From an uncultured Candidatus Peribacteria bacterium (GTDB lineage: Bacteria > Patescibacteriota > Gracilibacteria > UBA1369 > UM-FILTER-53-11): a DNA stretch of 64,000 nucleotides. The stretch covers positions 71,108 through 135,107 of the forward strand of contig CAYHNW010000001.1 of the NCBI GenBank assembly GCA_964358095.1. The letters run 5' to 3'. Below are positions 1-8,178 of the stretch, piece by piece. A program made the position numbers and the translations under genes. A model generated the notes under the pieces. It ran no database searches. It saw only the letters and a program-made list of their open reading frames with translations, and was not told where the DNA came from. Each line of letters opens with the position of its first letter. The first letter of the stretch is position 1.

Positions 1-283
1 CAAAATCCGCCTGTACGTTAGAAAATTTACATTTGATAAAATTGCAATTATCAAAGCCTACCCCCACCAAAGCTAAATTCTTAAATAAAACATTATCAAA
101 TGTGCAATTATCAAATGTTGAACTGCAAAAATCACCCCCCCGGATTGTGCAATTTTTAAATTTAATATTCATCAAATCCAAATCCATCAAAGCATCACTT
201 TCTATAATCTGAAACTCTCCACTGACGGTACTGTTTGACTCTATAAGTTGTAAAAGATGTGTTTCGCTCTTATATCTGGGCAT
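1..283 (-). CDS. pentapeptide-repeat protein, N-terminal fragment (ORF runs off the left window edge; not in supplied ORF track)
   Basis: Own translation of the reverse strand from the ATG at 283: MPRYKSETHLLQLIESNSTVSGEFQIIESDALMDLDLMNIKFKNCTIRGGDFCSSTFDNCTFDNVLFKNLALVGVGFDNCNFIKCKFSNVQADF... Consecutive 5-residue units (FDNCT FDNVL FKNLA FDNCN FIKCK FSNVQ) fit the pentapeptide-repeat pattern. Confidence 0.6.
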   Translation of the reverse strand, partial: MPRYKSETHLLQLIESNSTVSGEFQIIESDALMDLDLMNIKFKNCTIRGGDFCSSTFDNCTFDNVLFKNLALVGVGFDNCNFIKCKFSNVQADF

Positions 284-362
284 ACACGCATAATATCAAT
301 AAAAACGCTTTCATAAAACGAAAAACATTAATTGATCATTAACAATCTAGAAGAATCAGTGG

Positions 363-407
363 GAATGAAATGTTTACTTGCAAATTAAATCCGTAGATAT
401 TTCATTC
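363..407. promoter_or_regulatory. 9-bp inverted repeat GAATGAAAT-N27-ATTTCATTC upstream of ORF 446 (possible operator)
   Basis: Read directly. It lies 39 nt upstream of the ATG and just before the AAGGAGG at 432-438. Confidence 0.2.
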
Positions 408-445
408 TCACTGACAGTTAAAATCACTGAAAAGGAGGCTGCTCC

Positions 446-754
446 ATGGCTAAACACACGTGGAACGATGGATCCGTTACTTCAACAGGAGAGTGGACTT
501 CGTGGCGCGCACACGAGGATGGTGCTCTCATAAAGTTTCAGCACGATGGCACGTGGATCCATATCCTGGCAAGCGTTGCTGATGAGCCAAAACCCAATGA
601 CAATCACGTCCACTTTAAGTTCAAGATGGACGGAGGTCACCCTCACTCCTACGTGCTCTGTTGCGTCAAGGTAGATGGCATGCGGGAAATCAACAGGAGA
701 AGGCTCATCGAAGAGATCAACAGTATAACCGGGCTGAACCTGAGCTACAGGTAG
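446..754 (+). CDS. hypothetical small protein (102 aa), no recognisable family
   Basis: The ATG is preceded by a strong Shine-Dalgarno AAGGAGG (432-438, 7-nt spacing). A plus-oriented terminator lies at 856-883. The region is visibly more G+C-rich than its flanks. The antisense ORF 482-763 was judged spurious. Confidence 0.55.
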   Translation: MAKHTWNDGSVTSTGEWTSWRAHEDGALIKFQHDGTWIHILASVADEPKPNDNHVHFKFKMDGGHPHSYVLCCVKVDGMREINRRRLIEEINSITGLNLSYR

Positions 755-855
755 TCCAACCATTCAAAACAATCTCGCTGTCAGAAAGAGAGTCCCATTT
801 ATCGGTTTTGGTTAAAGCCATCTCGATGAGCAGAAAACCTGCTGGTTAATGGGTA

Positions 856-883
856 GGGGGCAAGGAAACTTGCCCCCTTTTCC
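856..883 (+). terminator. rho-independent terminator
   Basis: GGGGGCAAG-gaaa-CTTGCCCCC followed by TTTTCC. Confidence 0.6.
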
Positions 884-988
884 AAAAACGAAGAATCTAT
901 AACTTCATTTTAAAATCTTGAGTGGACGTAGCATTTTTGAAGGATGGGTCTAGTGGGCACCAGGCTGAAAAAATGCGAGTGCAGTTTC

Positions 989-1135
989 TCAAGAGGAAAA
1001 ACCTCGCCTCACTCATGAAAATGTTTTCTGATTCTTTACGAATTGAAACACATTTTCATGGTTCGGCGTCCTTCGCTACGGCAAAATCTCGCGGAGCTCG
1101 TTTTGCCTTCGCTGCGGAACGGTTTTTTCGCACTT
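989..1135 (-). repeat. Y-element copy 2: about 147-nt non-coding repeat homologous to 24286-24431
   Basis: The reverse complement aligns with 24286-24431. Shared blocks are AAGTGCGA, TCCG, CGAGCT, GGACGCCGAAC, AAAATG, TT.AATT.GTAAA.AAT.AG, CATTTT, GAGGCGAG and CCTCTTGA, in the same order and at the same spacing (55 vs 56 nt between the first two long blocks). No common reading frame exists. Confidence 0.6.
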
Positions 1136-1138
1136 TGT

Positions 1139-1178
1139 CATAAAAAGTTTAGAAAAATTTAATCTTCATATGGTATGC
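1139..1178 (+). promoter_or_regulatory. conserved 40-nt upstream box (copy 1) with TGnTAT extended -10-like end, shared with comM upstream region
   Basis: cataaaaagtttagaAaaatttaatcttca tatggtatgc matches 45566-45605 at 29/30 plus 7/10 positions. It ends 7 nt before the GTG start (8 nt before the ATG in the other copy). Confidence 0.55.
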
Positions 1179-1185
1179 CAAGCGC

Positions 1186-2040
1186 GTGAAGAAATTTATC
1201 GCAGGCGTTTTTTCAATATTAATTTCCTCTGGCGTATTTTTATTTGAGGCACAGCCAGATGGGCTAATGCATGTGTATTTTTTAAATGTTGGCCAAGGCG
1301 ACGCAACTCTTATTCGCACGCCATCGGGTAAAAATATTTTAATAGACGGCGGGCCTCAAAAAAACATTCTTTCTGAAATAAGAAATGCGCTCCCCTATCT
1401 TAAAAGCAAAATCGACATTGTAATTTTGACTCACGCGGATCGCGACCACATTGAAGGGTTAATCTCTATACTCGAACGCTACAAAGTGGAAAAAGTTTAC
1501 TCAACCGGACTTTATAAAAGTGATTACTTTTCAAATAAATTTCTAAAACTCATTCGTGAAAAAAATGTTCAGTTGGTGGTGACCAATTCTCTTTCGGATG
1601 TCAGACTTGAGGACGGCACGTTGATAGATTTTCTGTTTCCTCTAGCCCAGACCTTCGATTCGGGCGCAAAAGCAAACAGCAATTCGGTTGTGGCTCAAGT
1701 TGTATTTGGAGAAAATAAAATTTTACTTACAGGCGATGCGGATTGCGCCGAAGAAAACTCTATTATTAAATCCGGGGTAGAATTAAAATCGAACATTCTA
1801 AAAGTTGGACATCATGGTTCACGCACCAGCACTTGTGAAACTTTTTTAGAGAAAGTAAAACCCAAAATCAGCGCGATTTCGGTGGGAGCAGATAATAAAT
1901 ATGGCCATCCGAACGGCGAACTTATGTCTCGGCTTAAAAAAATTCGAACTCAAATCTTGCGCACGGATAAAGACGGCCGCATAGAAATAACGCTCAATAA
2001 AAACGGTGTCACATCAATCAAAACTCAATCTATACGTTGA
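1186..2040 (+). CDS. ComEC/Rec2-family metallo-beta-lactamase domain protein (stand-alone, N-terminal signal/TM helix)
   Basis: MBL motifs HADRDHIEG, GDAD, LKVGHHGSRTS and YGHP. Hydrophobic N-terminus. GTG start. Confidence 0.8.
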   Translation: MKKFIAGVFSILISSGVFLFEAQPDGLMHVYFLNVGQGDATLIRTPSGKNILIDGGPQKNILSEIRNALPYLKSKIDIVILTHADRDHIEGLISILERYKVEKVYSTGLYKSDYFSNKFLKLIREKNVQLVVTNSLSDVRLEDGTLIDFLFPLAQTFDSGAKANSNSVVAQVVFGENKILLTGDADCAEENSIIKSGVELKSNILKVGHHGSRTSTCETFLEKVKPKISAISVGADNKYGHPNGELMSRLKKIRTQILRTDKDGRIEITLNKNGVTSIKTQSIR

Positions 2041-3284
2041 ATGTCGGCTCCAAGTTTGCGCAATTTCTCGTCAAATTTTTCGTAACCGCGGTCAATGTAT
2101 TGGATGTCTCGCACCACCGTTTTTCCTTTTGCCACGAGCGCCGCCAAAATCATTGCGGCACCGGCTCGCAAGTCCCAGCTTTTCACTTCACAACCGGTAA
2201 GATGCGTGGGCCCGGCAATAAGCGCCTCATGCGGATTCTGCATTTTTATATTGGCGCCCATTTTCACGAGTTCCGGGAAATATCTAAATCTGCCTTCAAA
2301 AAGGGCTTCGTGAATGTGACTTTCTCCATTGGCCTGTGTTAAAAGCACCGCAAACGGCGGCTGTAAGTCGGTTGGAAATCCGGGAAATATATTTGTCTGC
2401 AACCTTTTGCACGCGGAAACTTTTTGCATAGGAAAAACTTTGACTGAATTCTTTGAAACTTCAAATTTTACGCCCATGTCGCGCAATAAATTCCACATTG
2501 GATCCAAATCGTGAGGTACGATATTGCGCACCGTTATTCCGCCTCCACTCAAAACCCCAGCCAAAACAAAAGTTCCGGCTTCCAAATAATCCGACCTAAT
2601 TTTGTAACCTTTCACTCCGCGTAATTTCTTTTTTCCGCGAATTCTCAGCGTATGAGTCCCAATTCCATAAATATCCACACCGATTGCTTCCAAAAATCTG
2701 CATAAATCTTGGATGTGAGGCTCAACGGCTACTAGTCTGATTATTGTTTCTCCTGTTGTGCGCGCCGCAGCCATAATCGCATTTTCTGTAGCAGTAACGC
2801 TAAATTCCGGCATCACGACATCGCGCGCCAAAGGTTTTCCGGCAAAAATAATTTCATCTTTCGCACTCGGCATTCTTTTTGCACCGAGTTTTTCTAAAAT
2901 ATATGTGTGAGTATCAATGGATCTGGCTCCAAGCACGCATCCTCCGGGATACGGCGAGTGTGCACGTCCGGTTCTGGCTAATAGCGGCCCGATCAACAAC
3001 ACTGAGGCACGCATTTTGCAGCACAAATGGCTTAGGATCTGGGTGTGTTTTATCGCATGTGTCCGAATGCTAACGGTGTGATTCTTGAATTCAACCTCAC
3101 TGCCAAGCGACTTTAGAATTCCCAGCATTGTGTGAATATCAGCAATATCCGGCACATTTATAAATGTGCATTTTTGATCCGTTAAAAGTGTTGCCGCCAA
3201 AATTGGCAGAGCGGCATTTTTTGAACCGCCGATCTTAACTTCACCGTGCAGCTTTTTTTCACCATTAATTACAAAACTTGGCAT
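2025..3284 (-). CDS. murA: UDP-N-acetylglucosamine 1-carboxyvinyltransferase
   Basis: 419 aa. N-terminus resembles GGSKNAALPILAATLL, with the catalytic-loop Cys in PGGCVLGARSIDTH. Full-length EPSP-synthase/MurA fold pattern. Confidence 0.95.
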   Translation of the reverse strand: MPSFVINGEKKLHGEVKIGGSKNAALPILAATLLTDQKCTFINVPDIADIHTMLGILKSLGSEVEFKNHTVSIRTHAIKHTQILSHLCCKMRASVLLIGPLLARTGRAHSPYPGGCVLGARSIDTHTYILEKLGAKRMPSAKDEIIFAGKPLARDVVMPEFSVTATENAIMAAARTTGETIIRLVAVEPHIQDLCRFLEAIGVDIYGIGTHTLRIRGKKKLRGVKGYKIRSDYLEAGTFVLAGVLSGGGITVRNIVPHDLDPMWNLLRDMGVKFEVSKNSVKVFPMQKVSACKRLQTNIFPGFPTDLQPPFAVLLTQANGESHIHEALFEGRFRYFPELVKMGANIKMQNPHEALIAGPTHLTGCEVKSWDLRAGAAMILAALVAKGKTVVRDIQYIDRGYEKFDEKLRKLGADIQRID

Positions 3285-3323
3285 GTGTCGCCTATTATAT
3301 CAGATTTACGCTATAATGCAGCC

Positions 3324-4685
3324 GTGCAAAATGTAAGCTTTATTGCAGCCAAAGCGCGAGAAGTTTCCGCTCGTTTTGGTATGTTTTCTACAGATGCCAA
3401 GAATGAAATTTTGTTAAAAATCGCAGAAAGATTAAAAGAAGATACTGCCCGAATTCTAAAAGCCAATGCAAAAGACGTTGCAGTCGGTAAGCGAAAAGGC
3501 CTTTCAGAAGGCTTGCTTGACCGCCTGCTACTCACGAAAGAACGTATGGAGGGAATAATCGCAGATGTACGTAACATTGCAGGTCTAAAAGATTACGTTG
3601 GGAGTGTGATAGAAGAGCGTGAACTCCCAAACGGATTATTTTTGCGTCGTCTTCGCGTGCCACTTGGAGTTGTTGCCATGATTTACGAAGCTCGCCCAAA
3701 TGTGACCGTTGATGCCGCATGCCTTTGCCTAAAAAGCGGTAATGCCGTAATTTTAAAAGGCGGATCAGATGCCATAAATTCAAACCGAGCGATAGTTTCG
3801 TCCATTCAAAGCGTATTAAAAGAAACCAGTTTTTTGGAGCCGACTTCTCGCCTTCAAGATTTGGTGCAACTGGTAGACAGCACCGATTACGCAGTCACAA
3901 AAGAGTTATTAAGTTTAAATAATTTTATTGACGTTGTGATTCCGCGCGGCAGCATGAAGTTAATAAACTTTGTCCGTGAAAATTCGCGAATTCCGGTGAT
4001 AGAAACGGGCGCGTCGGTGGTGCACGCATACATTCACGAAGATGCCGACGTTGCACAAGCCGTACAGATAATTATGAATGCAAAATTGCGCCGTGTTTCT
4101 ATTTGCAACACGCTGGATACGCTCTTGGTACACAAAAAAATCGCGCCGGTTTTACTGAAAGCTCTCGTTGAAGCGCTGCCAAAAAATCAGTATAAAGCAG
4201 ATCACCTGGAGCTGCGTGCCGACGCAGAAAGTTTTGGAATTTTGCGCAAACTTTCGAAGCCAAAAGAAATTGCAGCCAAGCCACCTCACCTATCGGCAGG
4301 CGGGCGGCTCGGCCTGTTCGAATTAAATTTTAAAAAATCCACACCGCAAGATTATTCCACGGAATTTTTGGATTATATTTTGGCAATTAAGACCGTGCGC
4401 TCGCTTGACGAGGCGTTAAATCATATTTCCCACCACAGCCTGCGCCATTCAGAGGCGATTGTTACCGCAGATGAGCGCGTAGCACAGCGTTTTCTGCAAA
4501 GTGTGGACGCGGCTTGCGTTTACTGGAACGCCTCAACGCAGTTTTCAGATGGCGGACAATTTGGACTCGGCGCAGAGATTGGAATATCCACTCAAAAGCT
4601 GCACGCGCGCGGCCCATTTGCGCTGGAAGGCCTAACAAGCTATAAGTGGGTAATAGAAGGCAACGGACAAATTAGGACACCATAA
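3324..4685 (+). CDS. proA: gamma-glutamyl phosphate reductase
   Basis: Aldehyde-dehydrogenase-type ProA motifs (VIYEARPNVT, GNAVILKGG, CN..DTLLVH, ASTQF.DGG.FG). The listed ORF start 3246 overlaps murA. In-frame GTG at 3324 (or 3285) is a more plausible start; the start is uncertain. Confidence 0.88.
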   Translation: MQNVSFIAAKAREVSARFGMFSTDAKNEILLKIAERLKEDTARILKANAKDVAVGKRKGLSEGLLDRLLLTKERMEGIIADVRNIAGLKDYVGSVIEERELPNGLFLRRLRVPLGVVAMIYEARPNVTVDAACLCLKSGNAVILKGGSDAINSNRAIVSSIQSVLKETSFLEPTSRLQDLVQLVDSTDYAVTKELLSLNNFIDVVIPRGSMKLINFVRENSRIPVIETGASVVHAYIHEDADVAQAVQIIMNAKLRRVSICNTLDTLLVHKKIAPVLLKALVEALPKNQYKADHLELRADAESFGILRKLSKPKEIAAKPPHLSAGGRLGLFELNFKKSTPQDYSTEFLDYILAIKTVRSLDEALNHISHHSLRHSEAIVTADERVAQRFLQSVDAACVYWNASTQFSDGGQFGLGAEIGISTQKLHARGPFALEGLTSYKWVIEGNGQIRTP

Positions 4686-4689
4686 AAAT

Positions 4690-5571
4690 ATGGGCAACAT
4701 AATCAAAAAGTCCGACGTTCAGAAAATATATCCGGTGCGCGATACGCGCTCTCACAAAGGGCAAAATGGCCGCATGCTTATTATTGGCGGTTCCATAAAT
4801 TATTTTGGCGCGCCGATTTTGGCCGGACTTGGCGCTCTTGGCAGTGGCGCAGATTTGGTTCATTTGCTTGTGCCGGAATGTAATTTTGATGTGAGCCGCG
4901 GCTTCTACGCGGATTTTATTGTGAAAAAATACCCTGGCGAACGAATAAATTCTGCAACTTTTGATGCAGCCAGTGATTTTTTTGAAAAAGTTGACTGCAT
5001 TTTAATTGGTCCGGGAGTCAGCGAAAATGAAGAGAGCTTGCAGGTAATAACGAAAATAGTTAAAAATGCGCCATGCCAAATAGTGCTGGATGCAGAAGCT
5101 ATTCCGGCAATTGCGCAGCTTGGATTGCCAGCGACTGGTGAGAACCCAGAAGACCGCGCGCGCAAACTCACAATAACTCCGCATCGTGGTGAAATGGACG
5201 AAATAACGGAAGGCTCATTGCCGGACGATCCATTTGCTCAAAATCAAATGGTAACGGATTTTGCGCAAAAATGGGGCGTAACAATTTTATTAAAAAATCC
5301 GCATGACATAATCGCGGCTCCGGGCAAACCAACCCGCACAAATGAAACCGGCAATGCAGGAATGACCGTTGGCGGCAGCGGAGACGTGCTCGCGGGATTT
5401 ACAGCATCTTTGATCGCTCAGCACTGTGCACCGTATGATGCTTGCCAGTGCGCCGCATTTCTATACGGACTCGCCGGTGACAATTTATTCAACGCAAAAG
5501 GCTACAATTTCACCGCGACGGATTTGGCATTGGAACTTCCATACACAATTAAATCGGTTATTGGCCGTTAG
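4690..5571 (+). CDS. nnrD: ADP-dependent NAD(P)H-hydrate dehydratase (YjeF C-terminal / carbohydrate-kinase family)
   Basis: HKG.NG...IIGGS near the N-terminus and GGSGDVLAG near the C-terminus. Confidence 0.8.
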   Translation: MGNIIKKSDVQKIYPVRDTRSHKGQNGRMLIIGGSINYFGAPILAGLGALGSGADLVHLLVPECNFDVSRGFYADFIVKKYPGERINSATFDAASDFFEKVDCILIGPGVSENEESLQVITKIVKNAPCQIVLDAEAIPAIAQLGLPATGENPEDRARKLTITPHRGEMDEITEGSLPDDPFAQNQMVTDFAQKWGVTILLKNPHDIIAAPGKPTRTNETGNAGMTVGGSGDVLAGFTASLIAQHCAPYDACQCAAFLYGLAGDNLFNAKGYNFTATDLALELPYTIKSVIGR

Positions 5572-5582
5572 ATTAGTTTTTC

Positions 5583-6227
5583 ATGCTTCAATTTAAAAAT
5601 ATTTTGCAATTTAGCGACCGCGTTCGGCACTGCGTTCTCTCGCGACACGAAAAACTTGAGGACGCGCAAAAAAATCTCGGCGCAGCTATTCCGCCAATTC
5701 AATTCGAGAGTCAACTTCATGGCGCAGATTCAATAATTGTTAAATGCGAGAAACTTTCAAAAAACGGCGACGCGCTGATGACAAACAAACCCGGGCTTCC
5801 AATTTTAATCCGCACCGCGGACTGTGCGAGCGTGATGCTTTTTGATCCGGTTAAAAACGTAATCGCAAATATTCACGCCGGCTGGCGCGGCACTGCGCAA
5901 AAAATAGTTCACGCGACTATTCAAAAAATGCACGAAGCTTTTGGCTGCAACGCAAGAGACTTAATGGCAGGCATTAGCCCTTCCATCGGCTCATGTTGCG
6001 CAGTTTTTACAAAACCATACGAAGAACTCCCAAAATTCCTACACACATACATTACCGAAGAAAATACTTTTAATCTTTGGGCGGCCATAGAAGGTCAATT
6101 GTGCGAATGCGGCGTGAAAAATATTGAAAATCCGCGCATTTGTACCATGTGTAATCCTGAAGATTTTTATTCTTACCGCCGCGGAGACAAGGAAAAACGC
6201 TCCGGCACTGCTATAATGCTCGTATGA
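5583..6227 (+). CDS. pgeF: YfiH/PgeF (DUF152) family purine-nucleoside phosphorylase / laccase-domain protein
   Basis: TADC..V.L.D...IANIHAGWRGT, the Cys pair and the C-terminal SYRR motif. Confidence 0.75.
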   Translation: MLQFKNILQFSDRVRHCVLSRHEKLEDAQKNLGAAIPPIQFESQLHGADSIIVKCEKLSKNGDALMTNKPGLPILIRTADCASVMLFDPVKNVIANIHAGWRGTAQKIVHATIQKMHEAFGCNARDLMAGISPSIGSCCAVFTKPYEELPKFLHTYITEENTFNLWAAIEGQLCECGVKNIENPRICTMCNPEDFYSYRRGDKEKRSGTAIMLV

Positions 6228-7015
6228 ATATTGGAATTATCGGCTGCGGCCACATGGGAAGTGCAATCGCAAACGCGTTGCTAAACAAAAAAGTAGGAAA
6301 AATTTTCGCTTCAAGTAAAACTTTTTCGCGCACTGCACCAAATGCAGCAACAAAGAATTTTAAATGGGTGGTAGACAATGTGGACATAGTAGACAGCTGT
6401 GAGCTTATTTGTTTGGCTGTGCGTCCTGGAGATATTCAAGAAATTCTAACTTCAATAAAAAAGAACCTCAAAAATCAGATTTTAGTTTCCATTGCAGCCG
6501 GAGTTTCGCTTAAAAAACTTACGGCGTGGTCTGGCGGATACAAAAAGATCGTCCGCGTGATGCCAAATCTGCCGGTGCAAGTTGGTGAAGGCATGTCCGT
6601 ATGGAAATCCACACCGGGCATAAGCGCAGCGGACAAAAAAATAGTTTTGAATTTTCTAAATTCATTTGGAAAATCACTGGAAGTAAGCGAAGAAAAACTT
6701 ATAGATATAGCAACAGCAGTTTCCGGCGGTGGCCCGGCATACACCGCAGCTTTTTTGGAATGCATGGCAGATGCATGTGAAAAAATCGGATTTACAAAAG
6801 ATGCCGCGAAAGAGCTCGCTCTTCAAACCGTCATAGGCTCCGCTAATTACATTCAAAAGACTGGCGCAGAATTTTCACTACTAAAAAAACTCGTCCAAAC
6901 AAAAGGTGGTACCACTGAAGCCGGCTTCAAGGTTTTAAAGAAAAAACAGTGGCAAAAAACTCTCAAAAATGCGTTTTTTGCGGGTTATAAAAGGGCACGA
7001 ACAATAGCCAAATGA
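6224..7015 (+). CDS. proC: pyrroline-5-carboxylate reductase
   Basis: N-terminal GIIGCGHMG Rossmann motif, SGGGPAY and TKGGTTEAG motifs. 4-nt overlap with the upstream gene. Confidence 0.9.
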   Translation: MNIGIIGCGHMGSAIANALLNKKVGKIFASSKTFSRTAPNAATKNFKWVVDNVDIVDSCELICLAVRPGDIQEILTSIKKNLKNQILVSIAAGVSLKKLTAWSGGYKKIVRVMPNLPVQVGEGMSVWKSTPGISAADKKIVLNFLNSFGKSLEVSEEKLIDIATAVSGGGPAYTAAFLECMADACEKIGFTKDAAKELALQTVIGSANYIQKTGAEFSLLKKLVQTKGGTTEAGFKVLKKKQWQKTLKNAFFAGYKRARTIAK

Positions 7016-7039
7016 CTTATTGACGTTCCGTTGTCTTAT

Positions 7040-7057
7040 CTTGGGCACGCGCCCAAG
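7040..7057. terminator. hairpin between convergent proC and glycosyltransferase genes
   Basis: CTTGGGC-acgc-GCCCAAG. No clear U-tract. Confidence 0.3.
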
Positions 7058-7099
7058 TAGCGCAAGATATTCTCGTTATTGCAACAGTTCGTGGTACTT

Positions 7100-8089
7100 T
7101 TACACAAACCACTTTCGCATCTCTTTAGCAGAAGTGTTCTTTGCTTTCATAATTTCCCGCCTCTTTTTAAGAGCTCGTGGAAGTTGTTTTATGAAATGCC
7201 AAACAGATTTAAACAAAAACTGTTCGCGCAGAACAATCCAGCCACTCATCAAAACTTCTTTAAATAAAATATGCGGCAAATCGCGCAGGGCATGAGGCAA
7301 AAGTTCATTCTTAACCCTCATCAATCTTTCATTCTTGTATGAATAAAACCGCTGAAACTTAGAAAGCGCACCACGATTTTTCGCAACCTTCAAAGAACTA
7401 TCACGGCTTAAAACCCCAGTCCCGCGGCCATGATAAGCCAACGCTTCCGGTTCATAAAAACACTTCCACCCGGCGAGCCGCAGCCTCCACGAAACGTCCA
7501 CATCCTCTTTATACATAAAGAAATCATTATCGAAAATCTCGTCGCAAACTTTTATATCTTCAAGCGCACTGCGCCTATAAAGCGGAGCCGCGCCGGTAAT
7601 TCCAAAAACTTCTTCAGCTGTGTCATATTGCCCAAGGTCTTCTTCTCCCTGCCCCCTATCCACACAACGACGATTTTTAAACATCAAAAGTCCCGCGCTA
7701 TCAATCAAATTAGTTTTTTTGTGATGCTCAAAATCATATTTGCGCAGCTTTCCAATTATCGCGCCAATTTTTGCATCGCGCCCTACCCTCCTCATCAAAA
7801 CGTCCAAGTAATCAGATTCAAAAACAATGTCCGGGTTAAGAATAAAAACAAATTCGCCGCGGCTCACCTCAATTCCCTTGTTCGCGCCCCCCGCATACCC
7901 GGAATTTTCTTTATTAACAACCATCCTCACCTCGGAAAAATTCTTCAAAACATATTCCACAGAATCATCGGTGGACGCATTATCCAAAAAAATCACTTCT
8001 TTATCGGCATATTTTAGCGCCAAAACCGACTTAAGACACTCACCCAGCAATTTTCGCCCATTGTAATTTAAGATGACAATTGAGACCAT
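7100..8089 (-). CDS. family-2 glycosyltransferase
   Basis: VSIVILNYNG...LDNASTD...NSGYAGG.N...ILNPD (GT-A DXD-type) motifs. The ATG at 8089 is preferred to the upstream GTG at 8122. Confidence 0.8.
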   Translation of the reverse strand: MVSIVILNYNGRKLLGECLKSVLALKYADKEVIFLDNASTDDSVEYVLKNFSEVRMVVNKENSGYAGGANKGIEVSRGEFVFILNPDIVFESDYLDVLMRRVGRDAKIGAIIGKLRKYDFEHHKKTNLIDSAGLLMFKNRRCVDRGQGEEDLGQYDTAEEVFGITGAAPLYRRSALEDIKVCDEIFDNDFFMYKEDVDVSWRLRLAGWKCFYEPEALAYHGRGTGVLSRDSSLKVAKNRGALSKFQRFYSYKNERLMRVKNELLPHALRDLPHILFKEVLMSGWIVLREQFLFKSVWHFIKQLPRALKKRREIMKAKNTSAKEMRKWFV

Positions 8090-8123
8090 AAATCTGCCAC
8101 AAGCATACAAAATAAGACCCACC

Positions 8124-8151
8124 TTGCCTATAGCGATTTGGCAGGTATAAT
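8124..8151 (+). promoter_or_regulatory. sigma-70-type promoter for metK
   Basis: TTGCCT-16 nt-TATAAT, 27 nt upstream of the metK ATG. Confidence 0.45.
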
Positions 8152-8178
8152 GGCGCAGTAATCCTTTAATTTTAGACT

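Noticed and set aside
482-763. 93-aa ORF antisense to ORF 446-754
   Set aside because: It has no SD or promoter-like signal. The local terminator is oriented for the plus strand. The plus-strand ORF has a perfect SD and ATG.
922-1143. 73-aa ORF
   Set aside because: It lies across the non-coding Y repeat, and the homologous copy at 24286-24431 does not preserve any frame. It has a low-complexity, Arg/Phe-rich product.
3246-3323. N-terminal extension of the proA ORF that overlaps the murA start
   Set aside because: The extension (MQLFFTINYKTWHVSPIISDLRYNAA) has no ProA homology. ProA similarity begins near residue 30, so an internal GTG is the more likely start.
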